Shown here in pieces: positions 40,290 through 52,597 of a stretch of 64,000 bases of DNA. This DNA is from Yuukianura sp. NJ FZ-2021 (Eukaryota), in assembly GCA_046563655.1 (NCBI GenBank), contig CM102287.1:9424001-9488000 (forward strand). Direction: 5' to 3'. The notes beneath the pieces were generated by a model. It had not been told where the DNA came from. It saw only the letters and a program-made list of their open reading frames with translations, and made no database searches. The position numbers and the translations under genes were made by a program. The stretch's first letter is position 1; the number at the start of each line of letters is the position of its first letter.

Positions 40290-43200
40290 ATGAAAATGGA
40301 AGAATTCAAAATCCCGCGCCTGTCCACTTGTATACTTTGGACGATTTTGGTTGCCATGTTGTGTCCAGCTCCAACACTCCAGAACCAGTACTGTGCTATT
40401 ACGCCTCAACACACACTGTGCAAATTTCCAGTAAGTTCTTCAAATTTTATAATTTGCACAAATGATTTAGCACTATTTTGCAAACTCAAATTTTCATTGC
40501 ATAAATTCTTGAGTGGAACCTCCATATTTGCTCAATTAACACACTTTTGCTGCTAATTGTCCAATGTACATTCTGCATTATGTGCACATTTCAACTCAAC
40601 TGGTCAATGCAATATGATCCACAAGTAAAAAGGTCAAAAAGTGAAAATGTCAATCGTTACAAATAGTAGGTTGGCTTTTCTTATATTTGGACTTCTCACT
40701 TTTTGAACTTTTCGCTTGTTGATCTTTTTACTTTTTGACCCATTTGTTTTCGAGCAAATTACATGAAACCACTCCTACATTTTTGAAAACTTGTCAACCA
40801 GTTTCTGCTATCTATAAAAAGAACAAAGAACCTTTTTATTACGCAACTGTACAAAAATTTCCACTTTTTTAAAAGCCTGTTGACGTAAAAAATTACTTTG
40901 CAAATACAATTTTTTTTTCTGTAAAACTACGAATTATTATTTTTACCTGAAAGTGGTTTTTGACTTTTAATTGACATCTGAAAGGAATTGTTTAAAAATT
41001 AATTGCACTTTTAGGAAGCAAAAACACAAAATTTTTACAAAATTTGCAAATTCTTGCTTCAATAGAACGTGATCCTTTTTGCCATAAAAATTGCCATTTT
41101 GAGCAAAATTTACGAGTTGTTGTAAATTAAAAACTATTTTTAGAACTTTAGGTCTTGAAATTACACAAAAAAGAAAAGGAAAAACTTGTTTTAAAGTTTT
41201 GGAAAAATGTTATTTTTAATTTGCCAAATTTTGAAAATCTTTCATACCTTGCTGATTGTAGTTTATGGATCATCAAATTGCAATTGTGGAGTAATTAAAC
41301 TTTATAATTTTTCCCTTCCTTCTTTGGATGTTTGTTCCCAGTGACTTTTCAACTTACATTTTTTTGGTTATTCTTCTAACGTTTCATAAAACAAGTCACG
41401 ACAACCAGAAAACATGCTCCACCGCCCATAAGTACTTTGTCATAATTTTTATTCAAAAATGAAATTGAAAACGAAAAAAAGAGAACCTTGGAAAATGAAG
41501 ATCATTATGAGTCAAAACATAAACAAAATTTTTCAAGTCCAAAAATTAAAAATTTCACACCTACCACCCGTGCGCTTTTAGGCGCATCTTTGTACACGTA
41601 GGTAAACAATTCGCGTGTGCAGTAATTATCATTTTCGTGTCTCTTTTTTTTACTAAACACAAAGAAAAAATTACAAAGACACAAAAAACTTTTGTTACAA
41701 CCTTTCCTCGTGTGGCTAATTGCTAATAATGCTGATTTATAATTAAGTTTTGGAAATTTTGGCACTAAACTAGATTTTTTTTTGAAAATTTCAGGGAGTG
41801 GGTCCAAAATGTAAAACTCCGTTTGAAATTGGAATTCCTCCAGAAGATCGTGAACTGATTATGGACATGCACAATTCGTATAGAAGTAAAGTGGCGACTG
41901 GACGAGAGCTCAGGGGCAGTCCAGGGCCACAACCAACCGCAACGAACATGAAGGAAATGGTTAGGTTCTGCGCATAAACTTTTCAAACACTGCGCATCTT
42001 GCCAAAACGGACCAAGATTTCAATTTTTGATTTTGTTTTTAGGTTTGGGATGACGAATTGGCTAAAACTGCTCAACGACTTGCTGACCAATGCAAATACA
42101 CGCATGACTGTCTCGAGTGTCGCAAAGTCTGTAAGTTTGACGATAAATTTTTTTTTATTTTTTAAAAAACGCTTAACGCCGACCACAATTTTTGGTTTCA
42201 AAACCTTGGACTTTCATTGAGTTTGACAGTTTTGTTCGGTGAATGTCGATGACACGAAGCAGCAACCGTTTTTAAAATTCAAAAATTAAAATTTTGTATT
42301 TTTTTTTTTTGAAAATTTCAGCTCGTTTCCTGACTGGTCAAAATTTGTACCAGTTTAGTGAGAACATTCGGAGACCAAATTCGAATTGGCCGCAGGCCAT
42401 CAACGCTTGGTATGACGAAGTTGCGCAATGGAGTCCACGACACATCCAGTCATTCCAGTAAGATTCCACTGCGTTTGAACATAAAAATCATCGGAAAAAC
42501 AACTATAATTAATTAATTCCACAAAGTTAGGCTTTAAGAGTTAACACTTTAGATTAATTGCGTTGTTTTGCATTACACGTTTCTTGTTTTTTAGTTTTAT
42601 CAAACCACTTGGACATTATACTCAAATGCTTTGGGCTGACACGGATCGCCTTGGTTGTGGATACTCGTACTACAACGATGGGAAATGGAATCGGAAATTG
42701 TACATTTGCAACTACGGTGCTGCTGGGAACATCATTACACTACCGATGTACAAACAGGGGGCCCCTTGTTCACAGTGCCCTCAAGGGACCACATGCTCAT
42801 CCAAGTACCCTGGACTCTGTACAGGTACGCTAAAACAATCAAAACTTGAGCACAAAAGTGTAGCACTAGCAAGTGAAATGGTCAAAATAATTTGATCAAA
42901 AAGCGAAAAGATCAAAAAGTGAAATGTCAACCGTTACAAATATTTCATATACTATTACCAATATCTGTAGGTTCGGTTTGGCTAAGGGTTTCTTATGTTT
43001 AATTTGTTTCACTTTTTGACCTTTTTACTTTTTGACCAAATCGTTTTGGACCATTTTACACAGAACCAAAACAGTGCAATTTTATGAAAAATTTTTCCGC
43101 AGAAGTTTTTAACTAATTTTTTCTTTGTAGAATCCCGTTCGTCAGCAATCGTTTTTCCGACGTTTCAAACTCCCGCCAGACCACGACCGCGTCCAACAAC

Positions 43201-44068
43201 AACGACGACGACAACAACGACTACTACCACACCACGACCAAGCACAAAACCAACAGTAGCCATCAGCGAAATTGAATCAAACGATCTTCAATTTGATTTT
43301 CGCGCCAATCTTCCGTTTAAGAAAAACCGCCAAAACAACAACCGGTTTTTCTATGAAACTCAAAATACCGCTCAAAAACGAACTCAAGACGTACAGCCCC
43401 AAATTGCTTTTGTACCGACGAGGCTTCCACCACCTCCGCCAACCGCTGCAACTCAACAGACGTTTTTTCAACCAACTCGACAACAACAACAGCAGCCACA
43501 ACAACAAACACGATTCAATCCGATAACGTTTCCGGAACGAACCGAACCGGAGCCCAGAACGACCAGCTTCGTGGCTCACAATGTTCAACCGCCAGTTCAG
43601 CGTGTGGCTGACCCCAACTCAATACTCATCTACTGTGACTTTGACTTTGCCAAATGTCCGATCCGGTTTACCGGCGAACCGTGGAACTATACCGAAACAA
43701 ATACTAACAATTTCGGTCGTGGATTCAGCACGAGAGTACGGTCCGGTCAGACATCAAACCTCTTCATCCGAAGTCTCATGACAGCTAATGATGACGGTCA
43801 AGTTTGTGTATCGTTTCGGTACCTCAAACCAATTGTCCTTGGAGCTCCACCGCTCCGAGTTACGGCTGGAACGCTCAACCAAAAACCGAAAATTGTGGAC
43901 ATCAAAGAGGAATCGGCTTCACCAATTGACTGGCTCACGGCTACCATTCAATTTGAAAATTTACGCTCAAACTTCCTGGTTATCTTCCAAGTAGCCAGAA
44001 ACGAACTTGTACAACCAATTAATGTCGCCATTGACGACGTCCTGGTGACAAGGGGTCTCTGTCCTTAA
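40290..44068 (+). CDS. Secreted CAP/SCP (antigen-5-like) protein with Thr/Gln/Pro-rich linker and C-terminal MAM-like domain
   Basis: Signal peptide; YCAITPQHTLCKF; MHNSYRSKVATGRE...QPTATNMKEM/VWDDELAKTAQRLADQC; GQNL; AINAWYDEV; GHYTQMLWA; LYICNYGAAGN. The last exon 43131-44068 is in frame and encodes poly-Thr, poly-Gln, then YCDFD...C...CVSFRY...VAIDDV...C. Confidence 0.88.
40603..40770. mobile_element. MITE-like element, family A copy 3 (CAP gene intron)
   Basis: Internal aaaaggtcaaaaagtgaaaatgtcaatcgttacaaat; the right end ctttttgacccatttgttttcgagcaaattacatgaaacc is the reverse complement of the family terminus. Confidence 0.65.
42873..43067. mobile_element. MITE-like element, family A copy 4 (CAP gene intron)
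   Basis: aatggtcaaaataatttgatcaaaaagcgaaaagatcaaaaagtgaaatgtcaaccgttacaaat ... ctttttgaccaaatcgttttggaccattttacacagaacc. Confidence 0.7.
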
Positions 44069-44579
44069 AACGCGTGACCTCATAAGTGCTTAAAAGCGCT
44101 AAAAGTTGACCTGACCCACCCTTGTCTACGCAACAACAAAACTCGCCAAAGTTACAATGAAGGCTATTTGAATAATAGATTTTATAAGAAAGTTAATTAG
44201 TTTTGTCAATTAGTTAAACGTTGACGACCTGTTAGTAAGTTAACGTTATTTAGTTGAGATATGATGAAAGAATGTATGTAGGCTTATCTTGGACGCGTGT
44301 TTATAAGTAGCACGGATTCTGCGTATTATTTACTCTGGATCTCTTTGTCTAAAAACATTCCATTCCAATGCTCCAATGGGAAAAAACCAAAATAAAATAC
44401 CGCCAAAGTTTAAAACTTTGTTTTTCAAAACACAGAAACACAGTTGTTGAACAGCTGTTTTGATTCTCCTCATAAATTTTGAATTTTTAAATAACGTTTT
44501 TCATTTTCAAATTCTCTCTACTTCGCTTACAAACGTTTTCGTATCGTATTTCATTGAGTCGTTTTACCTCGAGTCAACA

Positions 44580-45206
44580 ATGTGCTGCCAGCATCGGTTT
44601 CTACACCTGAAAACGATTGGTACGTTTCAAATTTACGACAACGAAGGGAACGGTGGATGCTTGTTCCGCGCTGTCGCCCAAGCGCTGTCACTGGAAGAAC
44701 AATGTCACGACCGAATTCGGTCAGAAGTTGTGGATCATATTGAAAAACACTGGAGTCATTTCGGACCTAAAATCTTGGCCTGGAGTATGGGAGAGGGAGA
44801 GGGTGCCAATGGTGACCCCCTATTGAACTTCGCCTGGGCCGATCCAATCTCCTGGTCCGGACCGAATTGGTTTGAACGTGTAACTGATCGCTGTTGTTAT
44901 TCCTGGAAAAGACAAAAGAGATTGGAGAAGCACCGTATCAAGAGAGAATACCTTAAGCGAATGCGTAAAGTGTCCGAAAATGGAACGACATTTGAACTAT
45001 GGGCGGCTGCTGACTTGTATGGATTCCATTTCGACTACGTACGACGTTGGTGGCCACGAGATCAGCCATTTATTTTTGAAGGATGCCGTACAATGGGATG
45101 CCAAGTTAAGGCGGATAGGCCGCGATTCGTTTTCCATTTTGAGAATCGACGTTATGGCAAAGGTCATTGGGAATTTATGAAAGTTCTGTCCAGAGAAAAT
45201 CCGTAA
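44580..45206 (+). CDS. OTU-family cysteine protease (deubiquitinase-like)
   Basis: Motifs YDNEGNGGCLFRAVAQAL (catalytic Cys loop), HDRIRSEVVDHI, YLKRMRK...GTTFELWAAADLY and GHWE (catalytic His). A spliced extension via 45273-45320 and 45414-45507 is possible. Confidence 0.8.
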   Translation: MCCQHRFLHLKTIGTFQIYDNEGNGGCLFRAVAQALSLEEQCHDRIRSEVVDHIEKHWSHFGPKILAWSMGEGEGANGDPLLNFAWADPISWSGPNWFERVTDRCCYSWKRQKRLEKHRIKREYLKRMRKVSENGTTFELWAAADLYGFHFDYVRRWWPRDQPFIFEGCRTMGCQVKADRPRFVFHFENRRYGKGHWEFMKVLSRENP

Positions 45207-45954
45207 GCCATGAATTATTGACTAATTTGTACAGTGAGGTCCAAAAGTAATCGTACTTGATTTATTTGACAGTGAAATGCCTCTACCACTGAACAGGAAG
45301 TTGGCTGGAAAATTCTTTCCGTAAACGGCAAAACCACACCCAAGTTTTTCCAAAAAAAAAAAATAATAATAATAATAGTAATAACAAAAAAATCTCTGGT
45401 CTTGTTAACATAGGCTGGTATTGATTTCAGAGCAGACGATGCTGACAAGATTATCCAGAAAATTGGCAGCATTGTACTTGACGACATTGAAACTGATCAC
45501 TACTTAGCGGACAGTAGTGACGACAGAACCGGATGCTGGTCACCTTTACGACAAAACTGCGACAACTCTGGTGAAAAATCTCGAAAATTATCCCTGTACT
45601 GCCGACTTCTACAGCCCTGTGCAACTATGTCGCCTGTGAAGTACCAAGGTCAAAACTTTGAACGAAGCAATGAACCCTCTAAATTCTAATCCTATGGGAA
45701 TGATTTGTATCTTGGACTGTAAGTTTTGATAACAGAAATTGAACTGCTAGAACAGAATAGAATTGTCATAAAGTTGCCTTTGACACAATTTCTATCACTC
45801 ACATCAGTTTACTTGAAGTTCATTTTACATCAGAGGAATTCAGTCTAAGGTAATGGTACAGGTCATCTTCAAGGTCAGAGCTCAGTCTTGATTTCTCTGC
45901 TCTCCTCGTCCAGAGCTTTAGTCGTTGTCCAGCATTCCCCGAGACACGTCCACC

Positions 45955-48817
45955 ATGTCTCTCCTCGGCCTTTGCCTTCTTCTGGTTGTAGCCGCGTTCT
46001 TTCCTGGAACTGAAGCCTACCGCCGTGTTTTGTCATACAATCCGTATCACTATGGCCACAATACATCTTACATTCCAGTTTCTCCAGAAGCGATTCGCAG
46101 CGCAATAGCCTACGCAACTGACTACGAACGAAACGTTTTCGCTGATGACAGAGGCCTTGGACGGAACGAAGACCATCCATCGTACTGGGGAAACGGAATA
46201 GCTCAAGAGGGATACATCCAGAATGCCAAGGATTATGCAAATACTGGACATTTCATCACAGAAGTTGCGAAGTACTTGACCCGAGAGTAAGTTTGACCTT
46301 TGACCTCTCACTTTAGATTTACCTTCAAAGTATTTGGAGTAATTAACTCTTAGAATTTCAAGTAATTGACAATTTTCTGGAATTACAGGCACGGGTACAA
46401 TCCAGCTTCTAGTTACGATACTGGACTACCGCTGATTGAATACTTGGAATACTTGCCATCAGAGTACGGAAAGGTTTGCAGCTCTTACTACCAGAAATGC
46501 TATGTATCGAAGTATCGCAGCATGGATGGATCATGTAACAACGTTAAACATCCCTACTACGGTCAATCCAACACAATTCTCGGAAGAATTGCCATTCCAA
46601 GGTCAGTATCACTTTGACCTTCATAAACTTTTACCTTGAATGTCTGACTTGCCTCAATTAGTTTAACTTTTAATTAACTTTATGTCCTAAGCAGAAGTTA
46701 GATTGAGTTTTTATGATTGTAGATATGCAGATGAGATTCATTCTGTCAGAAGATCAGTCGATGGCTCACCACTGCCTCAACCTCGGTCCATCCGATTCCA
46801 AGCTCTGCCTGATAAGGACGTAGTAGAACCTAATGTGAACATGCTATTTGTTAACTTTGGACAGTTCATTACCCATGACCTTGTCCACACTCCGTTCTAC
46901 CAAGGTGAAGACGGACTCTTTCTTGATTGTTGCTATGGATACCGAGGAGGCTATGAACAAGTACATCCCAAATGTCTAGCAATTCCAATTCAGAGTGATC
47001 CATTTTATGCATCGAGAACGCCCGAACAGTGTTTGAATTTCGCAAGAGCCATTGTAGCACCAAACTACGGTTGCACCGTGGGATACGCCAATCCGGTCAG
47101 TCCGAATTTTTTAGAAATACTTTTGAGAAATTTTTCAACTAAAAATTTTATTAAAAAAAATTTTTTTAAATAAAAATTGAAATTTTTTCTAGATCAATTA
47201 CCAAACGTCGCATTTGGATCTGTCCCTACAATACGGTCGAACCCTCAATCAATCGCTGGAACTTCGTTTGGGACAAGATGGACTCCTGCGCACTAGCAAA
47301 GTTGGATACGAGACTCTTCTGCCGATTGACCTTGATGCAGAATGCTTCAAATCCTCAAGTACTTTTTGCTTCACTTCTGGTGACCTCCGGACCACAATTC
47401 ATCCTGGATTGACCTTGTTCCAAATCCTGTCAACTCGATTCCATAACCTGCTGGCCAGAAAACTACAACATCTGAATCCAGAGTGGGGAGATGAAGAACT
47501 TTTTCAAGAAGCTAGAAGAATCAATATTGCTGTGAACCAACACATTGTGTACAACGAGTACTTGCCACTACTCTTAGGTAAGGTCAAAGGTCAAAGATCA
47601 AGGTCAAGGTTAAAGATTAGGGTCAAAGGTCAAAATTTCAAGTACTACGTTAGATAGATGTATGAAATTTAACAATTTTTTTTACCGCCAACAGGAGACG
47701 AAGCGGTGTCCGAATATGGTTTGCTGTCCGAACCTGGGTACTCGAGAGACTATGACGAAAATGCCAAACCCTGGATCTATGCCGAATTTTCTGGATCAGC
47801 GTTCCGACTTCATACGTCCGTCTACGGTCAAATTTACTTGGCTGATGAAGATTACGACATTGAAGAGAAGTTGCCACTAGAAGACTTCTACAACTCTGCC
47901 ATTTTGTTCAAAGAGCCACAAAACTTCAATCGATTACTCCGCGGGTACATCCGAGCTCCGGAACGTCGGCATGACAAGTACTACGATCCAGCAATTTCCG
48001 ACTACTTGCTGAAGGATGAGAGACATTTTGGGTTGGACATTGGAGCTTTCAATATGCAACGTGGACGGGACTATGGATTGGAATCATACAACACTTACAG
48101 AAGCATTTGCGGACTGCGCAGAGCTCGAACTTTCAGCGATTTCTCCGATACGCATGATCCTCAGGTAAAAAAAAACAACACATTTTTTAGAACTAAACTT
48201 TTGCAATTTTGAATTTTTGGAAAACTTTTTAAACTTTTTTGAATTTGCCACTTTTAGACAATCGAAGACTTCCGACGCCTTTACCGACATCCGGATGACG
48301 TTGACTTGTACACTGCTGGAATCGCTGAGCGACATGTCGCTGGATCGCTGCTAGGCCCCACCCATCACTGCATCGTGTCGTTTCAATTTCAGCGTCTCAA
48401 GATTTCCGACCGCTTTTTCTACACGCATGCGTCTCAATATCATGCCTTTTCACCTAGTAAGTCCAGATTTCCTGAAAAATTGACTTTTTCGAAATTTTTG
48501 AGTTTTTTTGAAATCTTTGACATTTTTTTTTGTTTTAGGTCAACTTTCAACCATTCGTGGAATGACCATGAGCAGATTCCTCTGCCTCACAACATCTCTG
48601 ACGCACGTTCCAGTCCTCCCTTTCCAGACGCTCTCACCGCAGTAAGATTTTTTTTCTCAAAAAGGCTGAAACAGTGTTTGGACAAGCGACTAATTCCTCC
48701 TGTCTTGTTCTTTTGTCTAGAAATCCTCTCATCGCTTGCAGCGACTACGACCGAATCCCACGGTTGAAACTAAGGGCCTGGAAGAGTTCCGGTGGGACTT
48801 GGCTCTACGCTGTGTAG
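45955..48817 (+). CDS. Secreted animal heme peroxidase (peroxidase-cyclooxygenase superfamily, chorion peroxidase/peroxinectin-like)
   Basis: Signal peptide; YRSMDGSCNN; FGQFITHDL (distal Gln/His); GDLR (distal Arg); EELFQEARRI; AFRLH (proximal His); MQRGRDYGL; DVDLYTAGIAE; SDRFFY. Confidence 0.95.
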
Positions 48818-49177
48818 AACATGGAACATAGCGTAATCCCCTTGTTATCCCTACCTTCATCCTCTCGTTGCTATCCCGGATGACTTAGTTTCTAAATTAT
48901 GAAATTAAAATTATAGTCTACTCTAATCCATTTTTTACTACTTTTTTAGCATCTCAGAATTTCGGAAGTCTAGAATTTCTGAATTTTAGTTTCCACTTGG
49001 GAGACCAATTTTATTAACAGCGAAGGAGAAAGTACCGATTTCAAGGAAGAAAGTGGGGGGGGGGGGGTCACGTGAGTTGAGTTGATGGTGGTTAGGCGGT
49101 AAGGTGGCAAGGTGGTTATGGTGTTTTCTAGATTTATTGGTGGTTAAGGTTGGTCATCATCATCATCATTCATCTTT

Positions 49178-52100
49178 TTAGAAACTAGTTTTGCCAAAGA
49201 TAGAATTTCCCAGGGCTTCTGGTTTGTCTGAAAAGAAAAATTCTTTCCAGAGCGTCTCGTAGTAATCCACATCCACAATTACTTTTCCATTCTGCAAACA
49301 ACACCAAAGGAACAACCATTTTTAATAATTCAAAATTTCAGGTTCAAAAAAAGATGAAAAAGTGGCAAAAAGCTTTTTTTCATTTTTTACTTTCACCTTG
49401 GACAGGATTTCAAAAGCTTTTCTGCCTTCTTCTGCAGCTACGCCAAAACTAGAGCACACGGATGTAAATTCTTCAACGTCAATACATCCATCTCCTGCAG
49501 TGAACACAAAGAAAAAATTCAAACATTTTTAAAAAAGGCTTTTCAATTTTCAAATTGCGTTTTTTAAAAATTCAAACACAGCGGGACACTGTACAAAGGT
49601 GGCTTTGACCTTACAGGGGCATTTGAGGCGAAAATGGAAGCCTGTGATTGGTTGATTTCACTTCAAAGATCAAAGAACTACACTTTCACTTCTGAAGGTC
49701 ATTCACCTTAGTGTGGTTTCAGGTCAATGAACAATGACCTTTTGGTTTTTTCAAAAATTTTTGACTTTTGACTTTTTCCAAATTTCGATTTTGGTTCCGG
49801 AGTTTGGAAAATTCTGGATTTAAAAAGAGGAGAAGGGAGATTTAAAGGATTTAAAAAGAGGTGATTTTAATTAGTGAAAAGATTTTTTTTTGTCAAAAAT
49901 TTGACTCTTTTTTGCAGGAAGAGGACAAAATTTGAGGTTTTGACTTCTTTTCTTTGCCGGAAAGAAGCAAATTTGACATTTTGCCGTCGTTTTTTGCGGG
50001 ATGAGAGGAAAGTTGACCTTGTGACCTCACCTGAAGTGTCTTGTAGCGAGAACATGAAGTGCATGTAGTCCTTCTGCCAGTCGGTGCTCTCGTTGTCCCA
50101 GAGCCCCACCCACTCATCTCTACTCACCTGTTGAACATAAGTTAGGCTAACATTAGGTTATGCTTAGGCTAACATTAGGTTATAGTTAGGCTAGTCAGAC
50201 GAAAAGTGAAAGTGGATCCTTTGAAATGGAAATCCAGTCAAACGGAATACGAAGAAGTGTTTCCAGACCCTGAGGGAAACCCATTACCCCAACACTAATG
50301 GACGGATACTTGTGGACGTGCCAAGGACGGAAACTTATGGCTTAAGCACGGATGGACGGAAACTAATCAGATGAGACAACCAGACCAGTGTTGCTGGATA
50401 TCCACGTTTTCAGTATTTCATCCAGGTGATATCCACTGGATTGACTGGATGAATAGATAAATCCGGATAAAATTTAGTTTCCTACGGACGAAATTGAGTT
50501 TCATCCGGAAGAAACCAATAAATTCTGGATATATCCACCAATTTGTGGGAAGTGGAAGAAATATTTTATCTATCCGCAACACTGAAACAGACACTTTATG
50601 AAGATACCATCATCTTTTAGTTAAACTAAAATCGTGTAGATATTCCCGTTCACAAGTGTCCTGGAACGCATAAAATCCACGGAGGAGAAAGCAAAGCACT
50701 TTCTCGTGGGAAAATTATAACTCGAGTTCCTTAAAACCCATTTTGAACATGAAAAAAAAACAGAGTTAGCAACCGTTCTGTTCAAACAGACCTTGTTCAA
50801 ACAGACTGTTCAAACAAGTTATGGACTCTTTAGAACTACTCAGATCAGAGTCACATCACATCACAGGTTAAGTCTCAAAATTTCTAATTTCAATCAACTT
50901 CTCAACAAAAATTCATTTTCAAAATCCTTCCTTTCCTTAGACTAACATTCTTAGCTCTACTGGAAATGTTTAAACAATTTTTTCTAAACTTTGTTTTTGA
51001 ACTTTTTCTGAAAAACAAATTTTGAAAAACAAGCTTTTAGTGAGTTACCTGCTCATCTTTATTAGCATCAGCCTTCTTCCGAAGGGCGTCCCAAATTTGG
51101 AGAAATCGAGTCTTCGTTTCCTCGTATTTTGCGTCTCCGGTACTCCAGCCTCGTAGAGAACAAATTTTCTAAAAAATAGAACAGGTTTTTCAGAAAACAG
51201 AAAAACTTTTTTTTTTTTAGAAAAGCCCTAGTTCAGTTCTGTTCTTTAGATTTTTCTAACAAAAGAAAGAGAAATCGTAATCCAGTGGTAGAAAAAGAGA
51301 AAGGGCTTTTCTTTTCTTAAAGTGAAAAGAAAGCGGAATTTAAACGCGTCTCAAGTGCAAATCAAGATTTTCAAAGATTTAGAACAACATTTTTTAGAAA
51401 AAGGAGAAAACACGAATGTTTACGTTGATGGCCAAGTCGAAATCCTTTTGATCAATTGTTCCACTTCCGTTGACATCTAATGAAAACAAACAAAAGTAAT
51501 TACAATGAGGCAATTACTTTTCGGTAATTACTTTCAAGTAATTACAATTATAAAATTACTTTCTGATAATTACTTTCAGGTAATTAATCAAATTAGAACA
51601 ACAACAAAACTTTTTGTTCACTTCAGCCTTTTGTGAAAAATTAAAAATAGAAAGATGCTTTCCTTGGGTTTGCACGAACTTAAGTTTTCACTTTTTCGAA
51701 TCCACGCTTTTGATTTTGAACTTTTTAATTTAAAAAATTTGGAGTCAAAAGTTAAAAGGTTGTTGTCTTCCAATGATTTTGAATAGTTTTTAGATTGAAT
51801 TTTGAGTCTGAGGTGCGGTGCAATTTTTGAAATTTTTTGGCAGTTTTATAGTTTTATGAAAATTGTGAACCACACTGTAGTTTTTGGAAAATTCTAAGAA
51901 ATTGCTAGCGGCAACGTTTTCTCATTTCAAAAGAATAAAGCATGAGGTAGATATGAAAATATAATCATAAGACAAGGAAACTCCAGTTTACATAGTACTC
52001 TGTTTGAATTTCAAATTTCACGAGGTAAAATTTCTTTGAAATTCGAAAAAGTTAAAAAAAACTTTTGAGGGAAGTATTTTTAGAACTAGATTTCTGCGGA

Positions 52101-52597
52101 AGTGCTTAATTTTGGTTGAACTTAATTAAAACCGAATCAAGGTCAAGGAAATGCTCAGCACCTGGAAATTGTTTGGCAGTGATGGATTATACATTCTATG
52201 TTTTTCAGAACAATTTAGAAATTAGAACACGGTTTTTGGAAAATTAAACATTTAAAAAATTTTGAAAACATTTTAGATCCAAAGAGAGGTGAACTTTCTA
52301 TTGAAAGAAGAACAAACTTTTGTTCTAAAACAACAACTTTGAAAAACTAATTTGAAAATTAGCCTTTTTCAAAAAACTTTTCCTGATCTAAAAAAGAGGT
52401 TGGTTTTCACGCCTCTTTGCTTTTGAGTTCAACTTCTAAGAATAGAACTTTAATTTTAAATGAAAACCCTCAGCACTTAACTCAAATTAAAAATGAAGTT
52501 TTTGAAATCTCAAAATTTTAAAAAATTTGCACTTTTTCTTACCAAAAAATTTGTCAAAGACGAAATAAAGTTTCTTCTTTCGAAATTCCGAAGTCAT
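49178..52597 (-). CDS. Calexcitin / sarcoplasmic calcium-binding protein (EF-hand)
   Basis: Six exons give MTSEFRKKKLYFVFDKFF/DVNGSGTIDQKDFDLAIN/KICSLRGW...DANKDEQ/VSRDEWVGLW...QDTSG/DGCIDVEEF.../NGKVIVDVDYYETLWKEFFFSDKPEALGNSIFGKTSF*. Confidence 0.92.
50386..50584. mobile_element. hAT-like MITE (199 bp) in a calexcitin intron
   Basis: TIRs cagtgttgctggata ... tatccgcaacactg, flanked by a near-identical 8-bp TSD aaccagac / aaacagac; internal ggata/tatcc repeats. Confidence 0.8.

Noticed and set aside
49055..49067. G13 homopolymer between the convergent peroxidase and calexcitin 3' ends
   Set aside because: Simple mononucleotide run with no evidence of function.
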